NCBI GenBank assembly: GCA_018712405.1
Contig: DVHB01000062.1
Coordinates: 1,684-65,683 of the forward strand
Length of the DNA: 64,000 bases
Reading direction: 5' to 3'
DNA from: Candidatus Coproplasma stercoripullorum
GTDB taxonomy: Bacteria; Bacillota; Clostridia; Christensenellales; Borkfalkiaceae
The notes beneath the pieces were generated by a model that saw nothing but the letters and a program-made list of their open reading frames with translations, was not told the DNA's origin and did no database searches. This document shows positions 9,040 through 17,270 of the stretch, piece by piece; the stretch's first letter is position 1, and the number at the start of each line of letters is the position of its first letter. The translations under genes and the position numbers were made by a program.

Positions 9040-11264
9040 ATGTCATTCTTGCGAAAAACAGCGGTTTTTGTTCTGGGGTGCGCCGCGCGGTAGATACTGC
9101 GATGGGTGCGGACGGTCGCGACACCTATGTTCTAGGCGAGATCATCCATAACAAAGAGGTGATAGAAAGCATAGAAAAGCGCGGAGTTAAGTCGGTTGAG
9201 TCGCTCGAAGAGGTGCCCGACGGCGCCACGGTCATATTTCGTTCGCACGGCGTGCCGGAATGTTATTACGGCGAATGTGCGCGGCGCGGCATAAAGATCC
9301 TGGACTGCACTTGTGAATTTGTAAGAAAGACGCAGCGCATTGTCAGCGAACAGTACGCGCAGGGAAAAGCAATCGTCATTATAGGAGAGGCGGCTCATCC
9401 GGAAGTTAAGGGGCTTCTGGGCTGGTGTGATAACTCCGCTTACGTCATAAATTCCGAGAATGCGGAATTGCCCGACTTTGACGGGAAAGACGTTATCGTT
9501 GTGTGCCAGACCACCTTTTCGGTAGAGAAATTTGAAAAAATAATAGAAAATATAAAAAAACAGCGTGAAAAAACAGTTGCCGTTTTTAAAACTATTTGTT
9601 ATACTACTATAGGACGTCAAGCGGAGGCAGAGAAGATTGCCGCCGAATGCGATGCAGTACTTGTTATAGGCGGACTCAACAGCAGTAACACAAACAAGCT
9701 GTTCGAGGTAGCTTCAAAGAAGTGCGCAAACGTATTCAGGCTGGCAAACGCCGACGATTTCGATTACGCCAAATTAAAAAATTTTTCAAATGTAGGTATC
9801 GTTTCAGGGGCATCAACCCCGGATGCCCAAACCCGGGAGGTTCTTTTAAAGATGGAAGAAGTTAGCACAGAAGTTAAGGCAACCGAGTCTGCCGAAGAAG
9901 AAAAAGTTGTAGCCGAAGCGGCTGAAGCTGTTTCCGAAGTTTCGTCAGATACGGCACCCGCCGAAGAGAAAGCGGTTGTTGAAGAGGCATCCGCAAAGGT
10001 AGAGGCAAAGGAGGAAGCTCCTTTAAATCCTATGGATGCTGTAGTTGCCAAGATCGACAGCGAGTCGAAGTTCAAGAAGGGGCAGATAGTTAAGGCTACC
10101 ATATCGGAAGCTACGGATGATGGCATAAAAATTTTGCTTCCTTTCTCCAAGTCGGAGATATTGCTTCCCAAGGAAGAGCTCGACTGTGATGTGTATAGCG
10201 CTGCCGATTATGCAGGTAAAGTCGGCGAACAGATCGATTTGCTCGTCGTTGAACTTCGTCCCTCTTTGAAGCTCTCGCAGAAGATGATAAAGCTTCTTCA
10301 GGAAGAGGAAGCGCTCAGTGCAGAGATTGCCGCAGGAAAGGAGTTCTCCATTACCTGCACAGGGTATAACAAGGGTGGCCTTGTTGGAAATATGGGCACA
10401 TATCAGGTGTTTGTTCCCGCAAAAGAGATTCGTCCCGGCTATGTAAAGGATCTCTCCAAATACGAGGGTAAAACCTTGAGGCTCCGCGCTTTGGAGATCA
10501 AGAAGGATAGCAGAAGGAAGGAGATAATCGCTTCCCAGAGAGTTATACTTCAGGAAGAGAAGGACGCACGCGAGGCTGCAAAGGCCGCAAAGGAAGAGGC
10601 TTTCTTTGCCTCTATCAATGTCGGCGATACCGTTGAAGGAAAAGTTGAAAGGGTAACAGATTTCGGTGCTTTCGTGTCTGTTAACGGTTTCGACTGCCTT
10701 GCCCACATCTCCGATCTTTCATGGACTGGTATCGACAACGTTACCGACGTTTTAGAGATAGGCAAGACGTATAACTTCCTTGTTTTGAAGGTAGATAAAG
10801 AGAACAAAAAAGTTTCTATAGGCTACAAGCAGCTCCAGCCCCAGCCTTGGGATCTTGCAGCTGAAAAGTATGCTGTAGGCGACGTTGTTCACGGAAAGGT
10901 TGTTAGAATCGTTCCTTTCGGAGCATTTGTAGAGGTTGAGAAGGGAATCGACGGTCTCGTTCACGTTTCTCAGATAAGTCATGAGAGGATCGAGACTCCC
11001 GCAAGCGTTCTGAACGTAGGCGACGAGGTTGACGCAAAGATCATGGCTCTCGATACCGCCGCAAAGAAGATGAATCTCTCCATAAAGGCGCTTCTTCCCG
11101 AAGCCGAGCGCAAACCCCGTGCTCCCCGTGAAGACGGTGAAGAGAGGCCTGCAAGGCGCAGGGCTCCCAGAAGGGACGACGGCGAGATGAGCAACTGGAG
11201 CGAAGGTGCTTCCGTTTCTACTTCACTTGCCGATATTCTTGCAAACGCTGAAAAGAATAAGTAA
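9036..11264 (+). CDS. ispH: Bifunctional 4-hydroxy-3-methylbut-2-enyl diphosphate reductase (IspH) / ribosomal protein S1
   Basis: Start chosen at MNVILAKNSGFCSGV (ATG 9036, overlapping the plsC stop). The IspH core includes GEIIHN and SSNTNKL. An acidic Ala/Glu linker follows, then four S1-type OB repeats (e.g. GDTVEGKVERVTDFGAFV, GDVVHGKVVRIVPFGAFV). Confidence 0.85.
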   Translation: MNVILAKNSGFCSGVRRAVDTAMGADGRDTYVLGEIIHNKEVIESIEKRGVKSVESLEEVPDGATVIFRSHGVPECYYGECARRGIKILDCTCEFVRKTQRIVSEQYAQGKAIVIIGEAAHPEVKGLLGWCDNSAYVINSENAELPDFDGKDVIVVCQTTFSVEKFEKIIENIKKQREKTVAVFKTICYTTIGRQAEAEKIAAECDAVLVIGGLNSSNTNKLFEVASKKCANVFRLANADDFDYAKLKNFSNVGIVSGASTPDAQTREVLLKMEEVSTEVKATESAEEEKVVAEAAEAVSEVSSDTAPAEEKAVVEEASAKVEAKEEAPLNPMDAVVAKIDSESKFKKGQIVKATISEATDDGIKILLPFSKSEILLPKEELDCDVYSAADYAGKVGEQIDLLVVELRPSLKLSQKMIKLLQEEEALSAEIAAGKEFSITCTGYNKGGLVGNMGTYQVFVPAKEIRPGYVKDLSKYEGKTLRLRALEIKKDSRRKEIIASQRVILQEEKDAREAAKAAKEEAFFASINVGDTVEGKVERVTDFGAFVSVNGFDCLAHISDLSWTGIDNVTDVLEIGKTYNFLVLKVDKENKKVSIGYKQLQPQPWDLAAEKYAVGDVVHGKVVRIVPFGAFVEVEKGIDGLVHVSQISHERIETPASVLNVGDEVDAKIMALDTAAKKMNLSIKALLPEAERKPRAPREDGEERPARRRAPRRDDGEMSNWSEGASVSTSLADILANAEKNK

Positions 11265-11282
11265 GGCCAATATTGCCTTTAT

Positions 11283-11316
11283 AAAGAGCTCTGCGATTGG
11301 CGCAGAGCTCTTTTTC
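11283..11316 (+). terminator. Rho-independent terminator
   Basis: 13-bp perfect stem AAAGAGCTCTGCG / CGCAGAGCTCTTT followed by a T run. Confidence 0.8.
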
Positions 11317-11347
11317 TGTCTTGTGCAATCAATTTAGCGTTAAAATG

Positions 11348-11376
11348 TTGACAATCAGGCATTGTACGGCTATAAT
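11348..11376 (+). promoter_or_regulatory. Sigma-A consensus promoter of copA
   Basis: TTGACA (11348-11353), 17-nt spacer, TATAAT (11371-11376). Confidence 0.65.
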
Positions 11377-11446
11377 TAAATCATATAAAAAAAGTAGGAA
11401 TTAACGTCGCGCCGCAGACAGCCAGTGCGCGGCAAAAGAGGTCAAT

Positions 11447-13984
11447 GTGAAAAATACTTATGCTGTCACGGGCATGACGTGCTCGGCGTGTTCGTCGGGC
11501 ATAGAGAGAGTGGTCGGGAAGATGGAGGGTGTAAGTTCGGTCGATGTCAGCCTTATGGGCAAGCGTATGACCGTCGATTTCGATGAAACAACCGTCTCCG
11601 AACAGGATATATTCAACGCGGTCAAGGAACTCGGGTACGGAGTGTACCGCGAGGGGGAACAGCCGCAGGGAAAGGAGGACCGTCAGGACAGAAAGCTGTT
11701 CATAAGGTTTATAGTTTCACTGTGCATACTAATTCCGCTGTTAGTCGTGTCAATGGGCCACATGGCCGGCCTTCCGCTGGGCCTTATGGACCCTTCGGTC
11801 AACCCGCAGTGGTTTGCCTTTTATCAATGTATTTTAACGGCCGCAATCATAGGTGTGAATTTCAAATTCTTCACCAGCGGAACCAAGGCGCTGTTTAAAA
11901 AAGTACCCAATATGGATACGCTCGTGTCTTTGGGTGCGGGTGTGTCGTTTGTATATTCATTCGTGTTGATGATACTTATATTTATCGATCCCCATTCAGA
12001 GACGGCGCACGGCTATGCGATGAATCTGTACTTTGAGTCGGCGGGCACCATACTCACGCTTGTGACTGTCGGCAAGTGGCTGGAAGAAAAGTCGAAGCGC
12101 CGTACGGGCAGTGAGATAGAAAAGCTTTTAAAACTTGCGCCCGACAGGGTTACAAAAGAAGTAAACGGTGAGCAGGTCGAAGTTCCTGTATCTCAGGTGT
12201 CTGTCGGCGATATCGTCATTGTAAAGCAGGGAGAATATATCCCGGTTGACGGCGTTATAACCGAGGGAAGCACCTTTGTGGATAAATCGGCCATAACGGG
12301 CGAGAGTCTGCCCGTAGAGGTTACGGTAGGCGACGCGGTGACGTCGGCTGCGCTCAACAAGAGCGGCGTTATAAAGATGCGCGCTCAGAAGATAGGAGCG
12401 GACACTACTCTCTCCAAGATAGTTAAGATGGTGCGCGAAGCCGGAGCGTCAAAGCCGCCCATCCAAAAGTTTGCCGATAAAGTGGCGGGAGTGTTTGTGC
12501 CCGTAGTTGTGGCGATAGCGCTCATAACCTTTGCCGTATGGCTGATAATCGACGGCGCGTTCGTGCCTGAACATTGCGTGACGTACGCCATAAGTGTGCT
12601 AGTGGTGTCCTGCCCGTGTGCGCTCGGCCTTGCCACTCCCGTGGCGATAATGACTGCTACGGGCAAAGCTGCTTCGCTCGGCATACTGTATAAGGATGCC
12701 GAGAGCCTGCAGAAGGTGTGTGACGTGAATGCCGTGCTCCTCGACAAGACAGCTACGCTCACCGAGGGCAAGCCGAGGGTAACTGATGTAGTCACATTCG
12801 GTACTGACAGGCAGAGAATGCTGAATATAGCCTGCGGTATAGAAAAAAACTCCAATCATCCGCTTGCAAAGTGCATTGTCGATTATGTCGGCGAGGGCGT
12901 TTCTGCGCAGTCGTTTGAATATATCGTCGGCAGGGGAGCTGTTGCCGAAGTTGACGGTGAGAAGTATTATCTCGGCAATGAAAAACTTGTTTCCGGTTCA
13001 AAGATTACAAAGGAAGTCAGAGACTCCGCACTTTCTCTTTCAAAGCAGGGTAAGACGGTCATCTACCTTGCAGATGAAAAGAGGGTGCTCGCGCTTATCG
13101 CTGTGGCCGATACCTTGAAAGAGGGCAGCAGGGAGGCCATTTCACTGCTTGTTGACAGGAAGATGCGCGTTGCCATGCTTACGGGCGACGAGGAAAATAC
13201 TGCGCGCGCCATAGCGGAGAGCGTGGGCATAGATGATTTTATGGCCGAAGTAATGCCCGAAGATAAACTGCGTGCGGTTACAAATCTTCAGCAGGTGGGG
13301 GGCGATGTCGCCATGGTGGGCGATGGTATAAACGATTCGCCGGCGCTGAAGCAGGCCGACGTGGGCATAGCAATGGGTACGGGCACTGATGTTGCGATAG
13401 ATTCCGCCGATGTGGTGCTCGTCAGCGAGGATCTGCGTACGCTCGACGACATGTTCGAGCTCTCTAAGGCGACGGTGCGCAACATAAAGGAAAACCTGTT
13501 CTGGGCATTTATCTACAACATTATCATGATCCCCGTTGCGGCGGGCGTGTTCTCGTGGGTGGACGTAGAGATCTTTGGCGAGCGCTTCACGTTCAATCCG
13601 ATGTGGGCGGCGATATGCATGTGCCTTTCGTCGTTGTTTGTTGTGTTCAACGCCCTCAGACTGCTGCGTTTTAAAAATAGGCGCACGCACAGGGCCGCCG
13701 ACTCTGAGATTGTCGCGGGCGATGTTATTTCTGAAAATAAATCTGATAACAAATCGGAGGATGGATATATGAAAACTATAGTAAATATCGAGGGTATGTG
13801 CTGCGAACATTGTGCAAACCGCGTTGAAAAGGCGCTCTCTGCCGTGCACGGTGTGGTAAGCGCGGACGTAAAACTCAAGAAAAATCTCGCTGTGATGCGC
13901 TCCCGCGAGCCGCTCTCTGAAGAGGAGATAAAAAAAGCGGTGGAGGATGCTGGCTATAAAGTCACTTCTTTTGAGAGTAAATGA
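11447..13984 (+). CDS. copA: Cu+-exporting P1B-type ATPase with an N-terminal HMA domain and an additional C-terminal HMA (CopZ-like) domain
   Basis: GTG start with RBS AAGAGG. Motifs present: GMTCSACSS (HMA), TGES, SCPCALGLATP (CPC), the phosphorylation loop (here DKTATLT), GDGINDSPAL, the Cu-type signatures YNIIMIP and MCLSS, and a C-terminal EGMCCEHC HMA. Confidence 0.85.
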   Translation: MKNTYAVTGMTCSACSSGIERVVGKMEGVSSVDVSLMGKRMTVDFDETTVSEQDIFNAVKELGYGVYREGEQPQGKEDRQDRKLFIRFIVSLCILIPLLVVSMGHMAGLPLGLMDPSVNPQWFAFYQCILTAAIIGVNFKFFTSGTKALFKKVPNMDTLVSLGAGVSFVYSFVLMILIFIDPHSETAHGYAMNLYFESAGTILTLVTVGKWLEEKSKRRTGSEIEKLLKLAPDRVTKEVNGEQVEVPVSQVSVGDIVIVKQGEYIPVDGVITEGSTFVDKSAITGESLPVEVTVGDAVTSAALNKSGVIKMRAQKIGADTTLSKIVKMVREAGASKPPIQKFADKVAGVFVPVVVAIALITFAVWLIIDGAFVPEHCVTYAISVLVVSCPCALGLATPVAIMTATGKAASLGILYKDAESLQKVCDVNAVLLDKTATLTEGKPRVTDVVTFGTDRQRMLNIACGIEKNSNHPLAKCIVDYVGEGVSAQSFEYIVGRGAVAEVDGEKYYLGNEKLVSGSKITKEVRDSALSLSKQGKTVIYLADEKRVLALIAVADTLKEGSREAISLLVDRKMRVAMLTGDEENTARAIAESVGIDDFMAEVMPEDKLRAVTNLQQVGGDVAMVGDGINDSPALKQADVGIAMGTGTDVAIDSADVVLVSEDLRTLDDMFELSKATVRNIKENLFWAFIYNIIMIPVAAGVFSWVDVEIFGERFTFNPMWAAICMCLSSLFVVFNALRLLRFKNRRTHRAADSEIVAGDVISENKSDNKSEDGYMKTIVNIEGMCCEHCANRVEKALSAVHGVVSADVKLKKNLAVMRSREPLSEEEIKKAVEDAGYKVTSFESK

Positions 13985-14026
13985 CAAAGTTATATTATTT
14001 GTGACATAATGCTCCAATAATACATT

Positions 14027-14056
14027 TTGACATATTTGCATACGTGAAGCTATAAT
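14027..14056 (+). promoter_or_regulatory. Sigma-A type promoter of the ArsR-family gene
   Basis: TTGACA (14027-14032), 18-nt spacer, TATAAT (14051-14056). Confidence 0.55.
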
Positions 14057-14116
14057 TGAATAGAGGTTGCGGCGGTGCCGCTTTTCCTCGTCAGAACAGA
14101 TTTGCGGAGGCGCTAT

Positions 14117-14467
14117 ATGCAGGATGTATTACAGGACACTATGTTGCTCGACAGGCGCACCAAAGAACTTATAAAGGAATATGTACCGGAAGGCGATGTT
14201 CTGGACGGTATCGTCTGCTTTTTTTCGGTATTTGCCGACAGTACGCGGGTACGCATGCTTTCGGCCTTGGCAATTTCCGAGATGTGCGTTACTGATCTTT
14301 CGCGGGTGTTGGGCATAAACCAGACAACCGTATCGCATCAGCTCAGGCTGCTGAAAAATCTGGGCATAGTCAAGTGCGAGCGATACGGAAAGATCATATT
14401 TTACAGTTTGATAAACGACACGGTGAACGACGTGATGTTAAAGGGCGTCGAGTTTTTGGGGCACTGA
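14117..14467 (+). CDS. ArsR/SmtB family metal-responsive transcriptional repressor
   Basis: Start chosen at ATG 14117, 6 nt after GGAGG. The winged HTH reads FADSTRVRMLSAL...VTDLSRVLGINQTTVSHQLRLLKNLGIV. Confidence 0.8.
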   Translation: MQDVLQDTMLLDRRTKELIKEYVPEGDVLDGIVCFFSVFADSTRVRMLSALAISEMCVTDLSRVLGINQTTVSHQLRLLKNLGIVKCERYGKIIFYSLINDTVNDVMLKGVEFLGH

Positions 14468-14470
14468 AAC

Positions 14471-14500
14471 TGAAGGCCGCGGGTTTTTCCGCGGCCTTCA
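14471..14500 (+). terminator. Terminator hairpin
   Basis: 12-bp perfect stem TGAAGGCCGCGG / CCGCGGCCTTCA. It lacks a clean trailing T run. Confidence 0.55.
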
Positions 14501-14561
14501 GTATTGCCTGTTACATTCGTTCAATTTATTTGTAATTTGTCTGTTTTTTAAGCGCTTAATA

Positions 14562-14591
14562 TTGCAAAAATGCGCACTTGTATGCTATAAT
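14562..14591 (+). promoter_or_regulatory. Sigma-A type promoter of uvrC
   Basis: TTGCAA (14562-14567), 18-nt spacer, TATAAT (14586-14591). Confidence 0.5.
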
Positions 14592-14619
14592 TATATAAGA
14601 GCCAGTATACTTCAGAACT

Positions 14620-16437
14620 ATGGATATAATAAGGGAAAAATTAAAACTTCTGCCAGACAATCCGGGCGTGTATATAATGCTCGACAAGTACTCCAATGTG
14701 ATCTATGTCGGCAAGGCGCGTATCTTAAAAAATAGAGTCAGACAATATTTTCACTCCACGCCTAAGCCCGACAAGGTCATGCGCATGGTGGAGAATATTG
14801 CCGACTTCAACTATATAATAACCAAGACCGAGCGTGACGCGCTTGCGCTTGAAAACAATCTTATAAAGAAGTATAAGCCCAAATACAATATCCTTTTAAA
14901 GGACGATAAAACTTACCCGTATATAAGGGTGAACCTGCACGATCAGTTCCCAGGCTTTTATGTCACGCGAAAAGTAAAAAGGGACGGCGCGCGCTACTAC
15001 GGTCCGTATATGGGCGGCGTAAGTTATAAGGATATACTGGAGATTCTGCAGCTCACATTTCAGATAAGGCTATGTCACACCGCCATTGGCGAAAAGCCCA
15101 AGAGGGAGTGCCTGAATTATCACATAGGCCGCTGCCTCGCCCCGTGCGCTCACAGGTGCACAGAGGAGGAGTACGCTGCGTGCGTAAAGCGCGCCGTCAG
15201 CTTTCTTGATGGCAACTATAAAGACGCAGAGGCGCTGTTAAAGGAGAAGATGCTATCGGCGGCGGCAGGTGAAAATTTTGAGCTTGCGCTCGACTATCGC
15301 AACAAGATAGATATGCTCTCAAAACTCGAGGCGCGGAGGATCACCTCGCTTTCCAATTTTCTCGACGCGGACGTCATTGCCTACACAACGAACAATCTGT
15401 ATTCCGCCGTCAACGTGCTGATAACGCGCAAGGGCATAATGCAGGGCGGCACGAGCTATGCGCTCGAGGATGCGCACGCCTCCGATTCGGAGGCGCTCTC
15501 GCAGTTCATTACGCAGTACTATGCGAATAAACTTCCGCCTTTGGAGATAATCACAGAGAGCTGTCTTGAAGGCGAGCGCGAACTTTTAGAGGAGTTTTTT
15601 AAGGAAAAATACGATAAATCGGTAAAGATAACCTTTGCAAAGCAGGGCGTAAAGGCACAGCTGCTTTCAATGGCACAGGAGAACGCGCACGAGTATCTCG
15701 AAAAGTCGATAGACAAGATAAAACATAAGGACGATATGACTGTGAATGCCTGCAGACGGCTACAGGCCGTGCTGGGGCTTGAAAAATATCCGCGCAGAAT
15801 GGAATGTTACGATATTTCCAATATAAGCGGCGTTGATAAAGTGGGGTCTATGGTCGTCTTTGTTGACGGCGAGGCCGACAGGAACAGCTACCGCCGCTTC
15901 AGGATAAAGACGGTAGAGGGCGCCAACGACTTCGCCTCCCTGCAGGAAGTCCTCATGCGCAGGCTTTCAAAGTTAGGTACGGACGAGGAGGATCGTTTTC
16001 CTAAGCCTGACCTCATCATAATTGACGGCGGCAAGGGACAGCTTTCGGCGGTAGAAAAGATATTCAATGACATGAATGTCGGTGGCATCGAGCTGATTTC
16101 GCTTGCAAAGCGTGAGGAGGAGATCTTCACTTTAAATTCCGACGAGAGCGTGAAGATAGACCATCGAGATTTTGCCTTGAAGATGTTGCAGAGGATAAGG
16201 GACGAGGCGCATCGGTTTGCCATAACCTACTTCAGGAACCTGCATTCCAAGCGCAATCTGGAGAGCGTGCTTTCGGAGATAGACGGCGTGGGCAAAAAGA
16301 AGCGGATGGCGCTTTTGGATAAATTCGGCACTATAGACAGGATTATGAACGCAAGCGAGAGCGAACTTGCCGAGACCGAGGGCATAGGTCCCGTGCTCGC
16401 AAAGACTATATACGACTATTTTAACGAAAAATTATGA
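14620..16437 (+). CDS. uvrC: Excinuclease ABC subunit C
   Basis: GIY-YIG N-terminus (PGVYIMLD...VIYVGKA..LKNRVRQYF), a UvrBC domain, an RNase H-like endonuclease domain and a C-terminal HhH. 605 aa. Confidence 0.92.
   Translation: MDIIREKLKLLPDNPGVYIMLDKYSNVIYVGKARILKNRVRQYFHSTPKPDKVMRMVENIADFNYIITKTERDALALENNLIKKYKPKYNILLKDDKTYPYIRVNLHDQFPGFYVTRKVKRDGARYYGPYMGGVSYKDILEILQLTFQIRLCHTAIGEKPKRECLNYHIGRCLAPCAHRCTEEEYAACVKRAVSFLDGNYKDAEALLKEKMLSAAAGENFELALDYRNKIDMLSKLEARRITSLSNFLDADVIAYTTNNLYSAVNVLITRKGIMQGGTSYALEDAHASDSEALSQFITQYYANKLPPLEIITESCLEGERELLEEFFKEKYDKSVKITFAKQGVKAQLLSMAQENAHEYLEKSIDKIKHKDDMTVNACRRLQAVLGLEKYPRRMECYDISNISGVDKVGSMVVFVDGEADRNSYRRFRIKTVEGANDFASLQEVLMRRLSKLGTDEEDRFPKPDLIIIDGGKGQLSAVEKIFNDMNVGGIELISLAKREEEIFTLNSDESVKIDHRDFALKMLQRIRDEAHRFAITYFRNLHSKRNLESVLSEIDGVGKKKRMALLDKFGTIDRIMNASESELAETEGIGPVLAKTIYDYFNEKL
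15515..15525 (+). repeat. Partial copy of the recurrent motif (AGTACTATGCG)
   Basis: 11-mer identical to the copies at 6394 and 37384. Here it is in a different reading register (TQYYAN in uvrC). Confidence 0.45.
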
Positions 16438-17255
16438 AGATAAAGTGTGGACTTATCGTCTCCGATTTCGACGGAACATTACTTACAACAAGACAGACTG
16501 TGCCTGAAGACGTGCGAAGGTCAATTGATGACTACGTTGCGGCAGGCGGCATATTTGCCGTATGCACGGGCAGAATGCTCGCCTCAATCCTTCCGCAGGT
16601 GCGCTCGCTCGGCTTAAAGGGGCTTGTCGCGGCCTACCAGGGCACGGTGATCGCCGATATAGAGAGCGGCAGGATCATTCGCAACGGCGGGTTTAAACTT
16701 GAAGAGGCGGTGGAGATCTGCAAGACGCTCGAATCGCACGGCGAGGCCATAAATGCCTATGCCGACGACGTCATGTACACGACTTTGCCTCCCGAAAATA
16801 AAATGCTGCAGATGTATGAGAGCATAACAGGCGTTACGGCGCGGCATATAAGCGGCGCCATGTCGGACTACGTAAGGGAGCACGCGCTCTATTGTCAGAA
16901 GATAGTCAGTGTAGTCATGCCCGATAAAAAGCTGCCGCTCTATGAATACCTTGTAAAGAAAATAGGCGACAAGTACGAGGTGACTTACAGTGCGGCGGTT
17001 TTAGTGGAGGTGTCACCCAAGGGCGACGATAAGGGCGAGGCTTTAAAATTCCTTGCGGAACACTACGGCATCCCCATTGATAAAACCGTCGCCATAGGCG
17101 ACAATTTGAACGACCTCCCCATGATCGAGGCGGCGGGGACGGGCGTGGCCGTTATGAACGCAACAGAGGAACTTAAAGAGTATGCCGACGACGTCTGCCC
17201 CTCGTGCGATGAGGGCGGCGTGGCCCATGTTATCAAAAAATACGGTTTTGCATAG
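16434..17255 (+). CDS. Cof-type HAD-IIB family phosphatase
   Basis: DFDGTLL motif I and GDNLNDLPMIEAAG motif IV. 4-nt overlap with the uvrC stop. Confidence 0.8.
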   Translation: MKIKCGLIVSDFDGTLLTTRQTVPEDVRRSIDDYVAAGGIFAVCTGRMLASILPQVRSLGLKGLVAAYQGTVIADIESGRIIRNGGFKLEEAVEICKTLESHGEAINAYADDVMYTTLPPENKMLQMYESITGVTARHISGAMSDYVREHALYCQKIVSVVMPDKKLPLYEYLVKKIGDKYEVTYSAAVLVEVSPKGDDKGEALKFLAEHYGIPIDKTVAIGDNLNDLPMIEAAGTGVAVMNATEELKEYADDVCPSCDEGGVAHVIKKYGFA

Positions 17256-17270
17256 TACTATGTGTGAAAT
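17251..17270 (+). repeat. Copy of the recurrent motif (CATAGTACTATGTGTGAAAT), perfect 12-bp palindrome
   Basis: CATAGTACTATG equals its own reverse complement. Its ATG (17260) is the predicted start of the U32 peptidase gene. Confidence 0.6.

Noticed and set aside
9830-10020. Glu/Ala-rich low-complexity stretch as a possible separate gene or repeat element
   Set aside because: It is in frame and continuous with both the IspH and S1 domains. It is best explained as an interdomain linker.
13142-14041. 299-aa ORF on the minus strand
   Set aside because: It is antisense to the copA 3' half and has an Arg/His-rich nonsense-like composition. It is a shadow ORF.
17182-17259. Upstream-extended starts given by the ORF track for several genes: 17182 (U32 peptidase), 24404 (AlkD-like), 39620 (dnaE), 50105 (spoIIIAH), 57158 (nadK), 14075 (arsR) and 61886 (dac)
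   Set aside because: In each case a downstream ATG gives the conserved family N-terminus and/or has a better RBS. The extension either overlaps the preceding gene or lies in promoter-like AT-rich DNA.
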